A DNA stretch of 64,000 bases from Octopus vulgaris (Eukaryota), in contig OX597819.1 of assembly GCA_951406725.2 (NCBI GenBank), positions 5,084,001 to 5,148,000 of the forward strand, given 5' to 3'. Below, one piece after another: positions 37,834 to 50,211 of the stretch (the stretch's first letter is position 1; every line of letters starts with the position of its first letter). The notes under the pieces were generated by a model that made no database searches, was not told the origin of the DNA, and saw only the letters and a program-made list of their open reading frames with translations. A program made the position numbers and the translations under genes.

Positions 37834-37857
37834 ATATCCCAAATATATACAGAAGTG
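37834..37857 (+). CDS. Candidate 24-nt microexon of an unidentified host gene
   Basis: Branch-like TACTAAT (37792), ttatttctttattttag acceptor, GTG|gtgagt donor, open in all three frames, two GCATG motifs downstream. Confidence 0.5.
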
Positions 37858-38077
37858 GTGAGTGGCATGAATATATTTGCCATTTTTCATACTGGCATGA
37901 AAAGGATTTGTCAGAACAAATTATATTTTGTTTCCTTGCTGCAGACATCTCCTGTATTTCTGCTCTCACGTTAGCTTTGAATTTCTTCATATACTAACTT
38001 TTACTAATAACTCTTGTTTGCTTATGATCCATTTTAACATCAGCATGAAGTTTCAGATATTTGAGGGATATAAAAAA

Positions 38078-38418
38078 AAAGGGTAAAGACCCCTTCAGTC
38101 ATGAATGACCATGGGATTGCACCGAGAAAGTCACTCTCCAAGGCGCAAGTCCGGGCAAATTTGTTTATGGAATACCAGCAGTCACCCATGCATACCAGCC
38201 TCCTCCCCATGCCATTGATGTTATCCAAGGGAAAGGCAAAGGGGTCGATACATTTTGGCACTAGTGACGTGGCAACTTATTTCTACAGCTGAGTGAACTG
38301 GAGCAATGTGAAATAAAGTGTCTTGCTCAAGAACACAACATACAGTCCAGTCCCGGTATCAAACTCACTACCTCATGACTGTGAACCTGACGCTCTAACC
38401 ACTGAGCCATGTGTCTTT
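38078..38418 (-). mobile_element. tRNA-derived SINE with CORE-like domain
   Basis: Minus strand: tggctcagtggttagagc A box, then gtgttcttgagcaagacactttatttcac...cactcagctgtagaaat. Confidence 0.8.
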
Positions 38419-40417
38419 TGAGGAATATTAGGGTAATAAATAGGAGATTTTGATATTTATGTCTTAATTGAAAACATTGTAAGCGAATCAAAACACCGAC
38501 TGAATAACACGGCAAAATTCCAAAAGGTTTTGGTCTCGAGACAAATGATTGGGAAAAGTGTTTGGTCAGGATTTGGGAGATGAGACACAATAGCAACGAT
38601 GAGAGGAGTGAGAGTCCATAGTGGAGGGGCTATGTTGTGAGCTACTTCAAAGATCAGAGTCACTATCTGCTAACTCTTTATCGTCTGGAAAGTCTGTAGT
38701 CATTGTCTGTATAATTATACTGTGAAGATTGAAGACAAAAATGAAGTATATCTTCCTGGAAGTTACGTTACCAAACGGAAATGATGCTGTCGGTAGATGT
38801 TAGACTCCACAGACAAATTTGTGTTGGGTCAATTGCCAGAGAAGAAACCAAATGGAAACATCCCCACCCTGCCACACACACACACACACAGATATGTGTG
38901 TATGCATGTGTACACAAATTGTTGGTATTTCACTAGGTTGTTTATACTATGGCTATCCACTTTGAAATGTAGATGGCGTTTTTTCCTAAGAGTTGCATGA
39001 AGCTTCCCCAACCTTGATATGCATAACATACAAATTTAATACTTGTTTTCAACCCATTGAATCATTTTTCTCATCAGTGAATTACCTCTGTTTTGTAATA
39101 GCAGACAATGCTACCCACATGACATTCATTAAGCATGGGTTTGTCTAATGACTAAATAAAAAATACAAAATATATTCAAAACAGCAAGTTTAACTAATTC
39201 AGCATGCCATTAATGAAATATTCAGTATCTTGGAGACTAATCATAAAAAAATATTTAAGGCTTCTCAAATAACAACATAATCAAACCTTGGATGTTGTTT
39301 CTGTTTGGAATTTTAAGTTGGTACTTATTATTTCAGGGTGAATACAGGAGCAATGGTTAGATAATATTGTTGCTGAATATTTCATACTCTGATTTATTTT
39401 ATATTTCTTTTATTTACCTATATGATATATTTTATGTAGTTATATCTAACCACGAAGCTATGTGCTTTCACATAAAGTATACATTGTACAATTAATTGTT
39501 TTGTGCATATTAACGATGTGAGGCAGCTAAGAAAAAGAAAGGGAGAATAAGAGAAGTTGTGTGAGGGGTGGTTGGTATAAGAGAAGAAAAGCATGAGATA
39601 ACTAATAAAACAAATAAAAAGAACTAAGAAATAGACAAAGATGAAATTATGAATAGATTCATCATGTGGCTTACTTGTACATCATTAATACTTTGTTCAC
39701 ATTACATTGGATGCTTTAATTTCAGCAACTTCGTATAAAATTAATGAGTTTTGAAACTGTAGCTTGAAGTATTCCTGATATTTATTCTAAATTATACAAT
39801 AGTCCTGATTATGTTGGTAGATTTTGGTAATTTTTCTGTGAAGAGATTTCTGACTGTTTGTCACTGAAATAATCTACCCTTAGACTAATCAGCAACCTGT
39901 CTTCTTTACAAATCAGGGATTTCTTTGGAATTTTATCCTCTTGGTTTGGGTCGGATGGCTATATAACAATTTAAGCAAAAAGAAAGAAATATTAGTTATA
40001 ATAATGCAAAAATATTTGGATGCTTACATTTTATCATAACATTTTTTGCATGTCTTTACGTTCTAAATTTTTAATTCCTAGATATTGAATCAATTTCGTT
40101 CATCTTCTGTTATTTTGCAAATTCTCAACAACTGTAAGGAACATGTTTTCTCCTATTTACTTTCTGAAACAACTTTTTTTTTTCAAGTTTTGTGGTTTAA
40201 GAAATGACTGCAGTTACTGTTGAACTTCAGAATTGGATTGGAAGTGTACAAGTAAGAATTAAGTTTGAAGTTTAGAGTATGTATTAGGGTTGAGATTAGT
40301 TTAGGGTTATTGGGAAAGCAGTGGATCAATAATTTACAGAAACCAAGATAAAAATGATATAATTGAAGTACTTGCAAAATAAATCTTTTTCTTCAAGATG
40401 TTGCCAGCTATATTTAA

Positions 40418-40638
40418 CCCTTTCGTTACCAACCTGGCTGAAACCAGCTCTGGCTCTGTAGTACAAATGTCTTGTTTTCATAAGTTTTGTATTAAAATCT
40501 TTCACCAAACCTTAGTCACAATTAATGTTCCTAACATTAGCTTAATGATAACTAAGTTATTTTACTAAATTCTTTGTTATATTTAAAATAATTGAGAGAA
40601 ACACAGAGCATCTCAACAGAAATACAGTAACGAAAGGG
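40418..40638. mobile_element. piggyBac-type MITE, family E
   Basis: TTAA at 40414-40417 and 40639-40642; perfect CCCTTTCGTTAC TIRs. Confidence 0.92.
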
Positions 40639-41673
40639 TTAAAACTGTCAAAATAGTCAAAAGCTACACAGATATCTAAAATAAACAACCATTTTTTTCA
40701 GCACAATGAAGTGGAAAAATTGCTGAATATATGAAAATTGTCTAAAGTTGTATGCATGTGTTGTTTGCATAAATAGCAAATTCATATAATATATAGTTTT
40801 TTAAATTGAATCTAAGAGTTTATCTCTCTATTCAGCTTTTATACGACTGTGATCTTCAGTCAACTGATAAGCTGACTTTTCTCAATCAATGTAACTTTAA
40901 TTATCAATACATAGCCTTGATAAAGTGTCCTGCAAAAAAAAAAAAAAAAAAAAATTGTTTTGCTCATTCAAAATGGCCTGCCAAAGAACTGGTCAATATT
41001 GTTGAAAATACATACTTAGGAAATTCCTACTTCAAATTTCAAGGAAAAGAGGCTGCGTGTAAAAGCTAATGTTATCAAGGAATTGTTTGCATTAAAGAGT
41101 TTACCTTAGCAAAAGAGTCTGTGACTTATTATTGTATTATAACTGAAATAAATCAGGCAAGATTTGAAATCCTAAACCTAAAGTTGCTCTTTATATACAC
41201 TCACTCGAGTTTTAGTTTCATAATTCCTTCAGCAAAACTAAATATGTTCATATATTTCCTTTTACAGTGGTTTATATGTTGCATATGGCTTCCCCCAAAT
41301 TGCTGGCCTTGTGCCAAAATTTGGAATCATTATCATTATTATTAAAGAAATTGTTTTATTTTTGCAGCAAAACCTTGGACATACCTAACAGGACCTACAG
41401 AGAAACACCTTTTCTGTTAAACATATTACTAATGATTCGATGTATATATATATTGAATCTAATAACATTTTTATCACAAATCATACCATGCCTATTGTGT
41501 GTTGAACCTTTGAATCAAAAGGATCTAACACTTTTAATCCCATCTCTTGTTGCCATAAACTCAATTTTTTAGTGGAGAGGTAACCCAATTTTTTAATGGG
41601 GGTAAGATAACCAAAGAGTATATATATATATATATATTTATTTTTTATATTTTTAATATTTTTTTATATTTTA

Positions 41674-41731
<58 letters not shown>

Positions 41732-42347
41732 AACTCATCTTTGTTTATCGCTCGAAAATTGGCCATTATTTCTAAAGGGCCAATCAAACAAGTCCATTTT
41801 TTAAAGGTGTAGTGTTTGTAATAGTCTGGATAGAATTCACATATCGGTTCCATTCTAGCGAAAACTGTCTGACGAACGGCAATGGGAAACTCAGAGTAAC
41901 AGGTTTTGTTGAATTTTCTGCTGCTTTAAATAAAGTATATATATATATATATATACATGATACATGTGTGTGCTCATGTATTTGTGTTTCCCTTGTTTAG
42001 GCATCTTGTGATGGTTGGAAATGACCATCCCTGTCATACTAGCACTTTCAGTCTTCTATCAAAAAAAAAAAAAAAATTTTTTTTAAATGTGATCATGGGG
42101 AAATATTATCTTACTTGGAAATAGATCAGTGTTGGTGATTGGGAGTGCATCCGGCTGTAATAAAATCTGCCTCACATTCCTTTTAACCCATACAGGCATG
42201 GAAAATTGGATATTAAATGACAAAGATGATGATGGTGATGATGCATCAAAATGTTTGAAAATGTCATTGTTCTGATGAGCATTTGCTCTGAATTTACTCT
42301 GATGACTATTTTGAATGTAAATTCTAGTTTGTTTACTTCAGTCTCTC

Positions 42348-42414
<67 letters not shown>

Positions 42415-42932
42415 GTGAGGCTTTTTATTAATGTCAATGCCATTTACTGTCCTCATTGTTCTTAGCTCTGTGTTTCACATTTAAATATTTATGAATCTCT
42501 GGAATCTCTGTGTGTGTGTGTTTGTGTATGTGTGTGTGATGGTTTCACTGCTATCAAATTATTTCTATAATATTGTATTCTGCAACTATTTTAATTAAGC
42601 AAATTAGAATGAATTTCATCTGACAGACAACTAATTAACTACTTGCTCTGACAACACAGTAAATTAGGATAGTACAATCATATAGCATAGACATATATAA
42701 GCAATGACACAGAGCTGGTGATATATGTTAATATATGTGGGATTTAACCCAATCATATGAACTTGATTATCATCTGCCACTCAGTATTTTTGCTTCTGTT
42801 TGTAACTTGGAGAGGGGTGCACTCTGCTTGAATGATTTTCTTTAGTTACGTTACATAAAGCTAAAAGCTTTAAGAGCATTATCTAAATGAAAACCTTTAG
42901 CTAATGGCAAAATGCTTTTACTGAAATTTAAA

Positions 42933-43234
42933 TGGAGAAGTTCTTAACCAGATCAAGCCGAAACTGTCGCTAGAAGCTAAGATCACCTAGCATAGATTGA
43001 CATATTTTGGTCATATTATGTGAAGAAAATCCCTGGAGAAGGACATCATGCTCAGAATGGTCAGTGGCAAGAGAGGAAGAGGCTGATCAAGAACCTGCTG
43101 GCTTGACACCATCAAGAGTGACACGGGAATGGACATAGCCAATCTGAAAGATGCGACCCTGGATAGAACTAGCTGGAGGACACTGATCCATCGAGTAACC
43201 GAGAGTCGACTTCGACTGAGCAGATAGATAGATA
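42933..43234 (+). mobile_element. BovB-like RTE LINE 3' fragment with (GATA)n tail and 10-bp TSD
   Basis: Translates to SLEAKIT*HRLTYFGHIM*RKSLEKDIML...WLDTIK...DRTSWRTLIHRVTESRLRLS; TSD gaaatttaaa at 42923-42932 and 43235-43244. Confidence 0.88.
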
Positions 43235-45264
43235 GAAATTTAAAGCTGAGCAATGCAACATTAGTATAATGGTTTGTTATGTTTTTGAAAAATAATGCAA
43301 CTGATGGAGGGAAAGATTCTTTCTATTAATTGCTACAAGAGGGAATTGATTGTATACCTGTAAATGATATAAACCTATGATTGATGATCTAAACATGGAA
43401 GTTGGCAATTGCAGTTGAGGGATATAAGGGCATACATGAGCTTAGATATGGTGATGAAAATAGTGTGAGCTTGGTAGAATTTTCTATGACCAACAATCTT
43501 ATAGCATGTATTTTCTTTAAATACAAGGATATTCATAAATATACCTGGACATCTCCAGATAGAAATATATTGTAATCAAATAAGAAGGGCATCTAGCTGT
43601 ATAAACTATGCCAAAGCAGATATTGGGATCTGATACAGCACTCTGGTTTGTCTGTTCATGTTGAACTATCCAACTAATGCTAGCATGGAAAAAGGGATAT
43701 TAAATATTGTTGTTGTTGATGATGATGATGAAATAGATCATATTTTGATAGAAAATTGCAGCCAGACATTCAAACATATTAAGTTATAGATATTGGAAAT
43801 AGCCATCAGGAGGCAACAGAAACAATTCAATTAAAGCTGAAGTCTAAAGAAAAGAAGGCTGGAAATACCAGGTTTGGTGCAGAAAAATTGAGAGATGATA
43901 GACTTCAGAATGAATTTGTGATTGAATATCAGAATTGATTCGTAATTGAAGCTACAGATGAAGATGCAGATATCGATGGTACGTGGAAAAATGTCAAGGA
44001 AGTACATCAGAATGTATACAAAGATGTTCTAGCCATAAAAAAATGAAAAAGAATGAAATGGATTTCGGATGAAAATAGGGTAAGTTATTGTGGTATGAAA
44101 GAACAAAAACAAACTGTTGAAATTAGATGGACCAAAATACTGGAGTTGCAACAGAGTTAAAGAGGTGGTCAAGAAGTGATAGAAGAGTTTTGGGAAGTGA
44201 AAGTTAATGAAGTAGATTAATTGCTTAACATACAAGGTAGCAGAGGAATCAGAAAATTATGAGACTACAAATAAGGAGAACACTTTGAGTTTAGTATTGA
44301 TAGGGAACTGATAATGTCTAACATAAACATCTTAGAAAGATGAAGAGGATATTTAAAACAGTCATGAACAAAGCATTTATTGCAAGAAATCTTCTGATAA
44401 TTCTTGAACCACAAGAGGTGCTGGAAGTGTTATAAATGAAGTATCTGTTGAAAAAATAAGTCATTAGGGAATAAAAAAAAATGGAAAGATTCTTGGATTA
44501 GATGGAATTGTAAGAGAAAGGTTAAAAAGGGACAAACATGAGATTGCAGGAACATTATTGAAGTTGTTTCGTAATATATGGAGTGTAGGAGAGACACTTG
44601 GAGATTGGAAAGTTGATATAGTGCCTTGGATAGCAGAGAATATGGCATTTGAAGATCTATAAAACTGAGCAGCATAGTATCAAAAAGTGTTCAATTTTAT
44701 TATTCTGAGTAGAATATTGATTGTTAGGAAAGTATATTAATGGGTGGACAAACAAGTTCCCAGTGATTGCATGGTTTTAATGACAAAACATTATTTCCTC
44801 AGACGTATTGTACAACAATATTTCAGATTCAAACATACTTTAATTTTGAAAAGGCCTTTGATTGTGTACATAGGGTTACAGCTCGGAAGCTTCTGTGTTA
44901 CTCTGGCTTGCTGCAGAAGTCAGTCTGTCTTATAGGCAGAGTATATTAAGATGCAATGATCACTGATCAAATGGTTTTAAGTTGAGAGTGAAGTGCTGTA
45001 TGGAAGTGTTTTATTACTTCTCTTGTTTGCTGTTCTGATAAACTGCCTTAAGGGAAAAATCTGGGAATGGAAAAGAAAGAGCTGAAAAGATTTATTTATG
45101 GAAACTATTCGGAAAATTTGAATCATGCTGATGACTTTGTTTTGCTTATTAATGTGACATCAAAGATATAATGAATGGTACACAAGCTTGATTAGATAGG
45201 CAATATAACTACAAACTTGAGCAAATAGAGTGATAATCTATTATTGAATGGGTATACATTAGCA

Positions 45265-45600
45265 GAGGCAAAATGGACACATTACTAGAGGAGTCAAAAT
45301 GGGCATATACCACAGGAGTCAAAATGGACACATTACTAGAGGAGTCAAAGTGGGCATATACCACAGGAGTCAAAACGGGCATATACCACAAGAGTCAAAA
45401 TGGGCATATACCACAGGAGTCAAAATGGGCATATACCACAGGAGTCAAAATGGACACATTACTAGAGGAGTCAAAACGGGCATATACCACAGGAGTCAAA
45501 ATGGACACATTACTAGAGGAGTCAAAATGGGCATATACCACAGGAGTCAAAATGGACACATTACTAGAGGAGTCAAAACGGGCATATATTAGAGTATTCA
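45265..45600. repeat. Two-subunit minisatellite (26-bp and 25-bp units sharing GAGTCAAAATGG)
   Basis: A=gagtcaaaatggacacattactagag, B=gagtcaaaatgggcatataccacag; order ABABBBBABABA plus degenerate flanks. Confidence 0.95.
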
Positions 45601-46288
45601 AAATGGATTAAAAGAGTTAATGGACATATACTAAAAGAACAAATGAGTTTAAAAAATTTTATGAAATATTTTAGAATAAATCAGGCAATAGAAATGCTTT
45701 TACAAAATGTATGCATGTGTGTGTGTGTGTAGTTATATATGTATGAATATATATTTGTAAGCATGTATGTGTGTATATTTCTGTGTGTGTGTATTGTTTT
45801 TTCAGGAGGAAAGGCAATGCCTATGAGCTGGGGAAATAAGTTTTCTAAAACCTAAGATCAAACTGTTTTCTTGAAACTCTGGACAATGCTAAAAGCATCC
45901 ATAGGCCAGGTGGTAGTGTTAAACCAAGTGACAGATTAAGTCTACCACTCAAGTAGACTACAGTGAGATTGGAACTCAGAGTGAAAGGGTCAGAATAAAT
46001 GCTGCAAAGCATCCTAGCTGTTGCCCCTAACAATTCTGCCAATCCACTACCCTAGCTTGCTACTTCATTTATTGACTCCCCAGAAGAATGAAAAGTAAAG
46101 TTGATTTTGATAGGATTTGAATTTAAAATGCAAAACGCTGAAATGAGCGAAGCATTTCATGATTTTTACTTTTATTAACTCTACCAATTCTATGCTGAAT
46201 GTGTGTGTGCGTATGCATGTATATATATGTGTGTATATATGCATGCATGTATGTATATATATGTGTGTATGTATATTTATATATGTAG

Positions 46289-46658
46289 AGATGCAGGTGT
46301 GGCTGTGTGGTAAGTAGCTTGCTTACCAACCACATGGTTCTGGGTTCAGTGCCACTGCGTGGCATCTTGGGCAAGTGTCTTCTACTATAGCCTCGAGTGT
46401 GAGTGAATTTGGTAGACGGAAACTGAAAGAAGCCTGTTGTATATATGTTTGTGTGTCCGTGTTTGTCCCCCAACATCGCTTGACAACTGATGCTGGTGTG
46501 TTTACGTCCTTGTAACTTAGCAGTTCAGCAAAAGAGACCGATAGAATAATTACTAGGCTTACAAAGAATAAGTCCTGGGGTCGATTTGTTCAACTAAAGG
46601 TGGTGCTCCAGCATGGCTGCCGTCAAATGACTGAAACAAGTAAAAGAATAAAAGAGTA
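46289..46658 (+). mobile_element. SINE family A
   Basis: Matches the A consensus with a small internal deletion. Confidence 0.88.
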
Positions 46659-47248
46659 TGTGTGTGTATATAAAAATTTTTTATCATCATCATTATTATT
46701 GTTATTACTAGTATTGTTGTTATACAAACATATGTAATAATAATAATAATAATAATAATAAGTGGATGTAAACACATGAACAAAAGAATAAACAAAAACA
46801 AAAACAAATTACATGAACGTATATAAACAGAAGATACAAATATTACAGGCATTCCCCCCCCCCCACACACACACACTAACTAAACATAGACGCACATAGA
46901 GATATACGCATGCGCAAATGAAGACACATACAATAGAAATACAAAATGGCTGACAGTTAGTTAGGAGAGACACACAAATAAGAAAGAAGAAAGCAAAGGA
47001 CCACTGATGAGGTCACAGAGGTGTGATGAAAGAACTCTGGCCGAAATAGGATTAAGATTAATGTAAAAAATAAATAACGCTGAAGCAAAGTAACACTAAA
47101 TATATAGTGCGTGTGTTTTTATTGGCTAAACTGGCAAAATGACCATTCCGAAATACAACAATATCTGTTTCAACATACAATTTCACATAAAAAATCTTGC
47201 ACAACAAATATATATATTTATGTTTATATATATATATGCTTGTGTTTC

Positions 47249-47263
47249 TTTCTAAGTATGCTT

Positions 47264-47308
<45 letters not shown>

Positions 47309-47324
47309 TTCTAAGTATGCTTTG

Positions 47325-47363
<39 letters not shown>

Positions 47364-47379
47364 TTCTAAGTATGCTTTG

Positions 47380-47410
<31 letters not shown>

Positions 47411-47426
47411 TTCTAAGTATGCTTTG

Positions 47427-47461
<35 letters not shown>

Positions 47462-47477
47462 TTCTAAGTATGCTTTG
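47249..47477. repeat. Composite minisatellite: 17-bp core x5 with variable (TA)n(TG)m spacers
   Basis: TTTCTAAGTATGCTTTG at 47249, 47308, 47363, 47410 and 47461. Confidence 0.95.
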
Positions 47478-48114
47478 TATATAACATATTGTGTAAGATA
47501 TAATGATTACTTGTTTTATTTTATTTTTCAAGATTTATACATTTATTTTTTTCTTTCTCTTTTGAAACACTAAAAGCTAATTCAATAAGACATTCTTTGC
47601 TTGTTAAAATTTTCATTTGGATTTCCTAATGAAAATATTATGTCAAAATAGATCATAGTCCATCAGCATAAACATAGATGTGTTCAAAACCAAACAATAA
47701 TACTTAAAAGTTGTCATCGTTTTAAGATAGAAATCTGAGTCTGAGAAGAAAAGCATAGTTTTTATCTAGTTTTATTGATTTTGCTTTTTTGCTTTTTTCA
47801 TTATATCTTTTTCAAAATAGACCAGGTAGCCAGCCACCTGAATGGGAAAATAGCAATGCTTTTCAGGTCTTGTATAGGCTACAATAAAAGCAAATTCATG
47901 TTAGCTTCTTTTAGCAAAAAATAATCATCCACTCTCTTGTTGGGGTGGGGGTGGGGGGATTGTGTTCCTCTCTGTATGAGTTAATAACCCTTGACAATTT
48001 GTGATCTATTAGCTGTAAAAACAGAATTGTTGGCTAGATAACAATAAATCTTTCTATACATGAAAGTTTGTGTGGATGCTTACAAGTTTATCTTTATTGC
48101 CTTGTTTTCAATAG

Positions 48115-48129
48115 CGTTCGTTGCCATGG
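48115..48129 (+). CDS. Candidate 15-nt microexon (RSLPW in phase 0)
   Basis: tttatctttattgccttgttttcaatag|CGTTCGTTGCCATGG|gtattg, with TGC inside the pyrimidine tract. Confidence 0.35.
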
Positions 48130-48356
48130 GTATTGCAATACAAATCAATACTGTCGACAGATCAATAGAATTTCCCTACCATTAATAGAATTTTGAACCA
48201 GAAATTTCCTTTCCTAAAAATATTCATATATTCTTTATTTCAGAAATACAATTAGATTTTAGCTTTCTATTTCTCTTCTTTTTTTGTTTGATTTTGCATG
48301 TATTTTCTCTATTTTATATCAGTTTTGAAAGCAAACTGCATGTATGAATGTTATAT

Positions 48357-48392
<36 letters not shown>

Positions 48393-49300
48393 ATATATTT
48401 ATTTCTTTGCTCTCATATGTGTTAGGGCATTACTCTATTCCCTCTCCTCAATCTCTCATTCTCTTTATTTTTGTGGATATACATGTGTAAACTAGCAAAT
48501 AACTTGATTATTTAAATTAAGTTGCTTATATAATGCATATTCATATGGGCATGTACACACATATATGCATACTCAAATACACACACACACACACATATTG
48601 TATGCTGTTTAGTTTACTTGTACTTTTTAGTTTAACTACTTTTTGAGTTCTATATAAAACCATGGCATTTGTATTTACCCAAATTTTCAAACTTTTATGT
48701 ATATGTTTGCTAACATATCTGTGTGTGTGTGTGTGTGTGTGTGCATGCCTATTTGTATCCGTACACATATAATGCTGCTTGCATCTTAAGTTTACCTGCT
48801 CGCATACACAGAGATATATTGCTTTGTCTGAACTTTAGCAATGACTTGTTTATTTATCTGATTCATCAGAGTTTGTGAGCAGGCTTTGCTATATCAGATA
48901 GCAATATCTATTTCGTTGCAGATCTACTTTGAGATTTATACTTAGATTGCCAGAATATTCTTCTATTTTTTTCTATCAGGAATTCTATCTATATATGTAT
49001 GGAAATATAAGTAGTGGAGAGTGCAATCCTCTGTAACCATTTGAATATACAGCAGCTCCTTTATTTTATGCCAAAGTAGAAGAAACATTTCTCTCAGTTT
49101 TCTAAAATAGAATATCTGAGGTATACATTTTTTTTCCTGTTTCATGTTAAGCTGCTGAGGTTGCTTCTGTAAATTTAGACATTTACATATTATTGCAACA
49201 GTTTCCAAAGTAAAGTTTCAACATATGACAATATGCTTTGTTATTGCTCCTTAATTCATAGCCTTTGTGAACAGGAGGCCTAACAGATGTTATTCATTAA

Positions 49301-49512
49301 CCCTTTTGATACCAACCCAGCTGAGGCTCTGTAGTACAAATGTCTTGTTTTCATAAATTTTGAATTAAAATCTTCCACCAAACCGTAGTCACAATTTATT
49401 TTCCTAACACTAGCTTAATGATAACTAAGTTGTTTTACTAAATTCTTTGTTGTATTTAAAATTAATTGAAAGAAACACAGAGAATCTCAAAATAAATACA
49501 TTAACGAAAGGG
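49301..49512. mobile_element. piggyBac-type MITE, family E
   Basis: TTAA at 49297-49300 and 49513-49516; colinear with 40418-40638. Confidence 0.9.
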
Positions 49513-50033
49513 TTAATATTTTATTTTTGTAAATTATCTTTTACTGGTTTAAATCTTTTATCTATCCTATTGTGGATGGGAAGGTTTATGAATTTCAGTA
49601 TTTGTATATTGTTGCCTTAATTGCTTTTGTAGCTGGTTCTTACCAACAAGACAACCTGGAACAAGCTGTATGAATGCTGTAACAACTTGTGAATACTCGT
49701 GATCATGTGATACACTATGAAGATTGAAGAAATTAAATGAAAATGTTCCATGACTCTCAGTGTATTTTTGGTCGCTACCAGAAAGTTTCTCTTCATGTAG
49801 TGTGTCAAGGACAAGTCATCCTGGTGAAGCCCATCCTGTCTCCAGGCTGTTATGTGCAACCAAATGTTGTAGGATTGAGATGTTAGATGGCTCAACTTAG
49901 AATTGAGCCAGTGTTGCATACTCAACTCACTAGGTACTTATCATCCCCTTACTGTGCTCACATGAAGAGATAAAGTGAAATATGAACAGAAAAAAGGGTT
50001 TTTTGTCAGTTACGTTGCAGAAATTTTTTGAAG

Positions 50034-50211
50034 TTGACAACCGATGCTGGTGTGTTTACGTCCCCGTCACTTAGCGGTTCGGCAAAAGAGACCGATGGAA
50101 TAAGTACTGGGCTTACAAAGAATAAGTCCTGGGGTCGATTTGCTCGACTAAAGGCGGTGCTCCAGCATGGCCGCAGTCAAATGACTGAAACATGTAAAAG
50201 AGTAAAAGAGT
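50034..50211 (+). mobile_element. SINE family A, 5'-truncated
   Basis: 3' half only, near-identical to young copies. Confidence 0.88.

Larger units (their letters stand above)
42860..45660 (+). mobile_element. Old decayed RTE-clade LINE (APE endonuclease and RT remnants) carrying nested insertions
   Basis: Fragments read KDIHKYTWTSPD..NQI/IDHILI (APE), NFEKAFDCVHR and LNHADDFVLL (RT, YADD-like), with many stops and frameshifts. Confidence 0.85.

Noticed and set aside
45265-45600. CRISPR-like repeat/spacer appearance and a 112-aa repetitive ORF
   Set aside because: The spacers are only two recurring sequences, no cas genes are present and the context is eukaryotic; the ORF follows from stop-free units.
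47249-47477. CRISPR-like constant repeats with variable spacers
   Set aside because: The spacers are pure (TA)/(TG) microsatellite.
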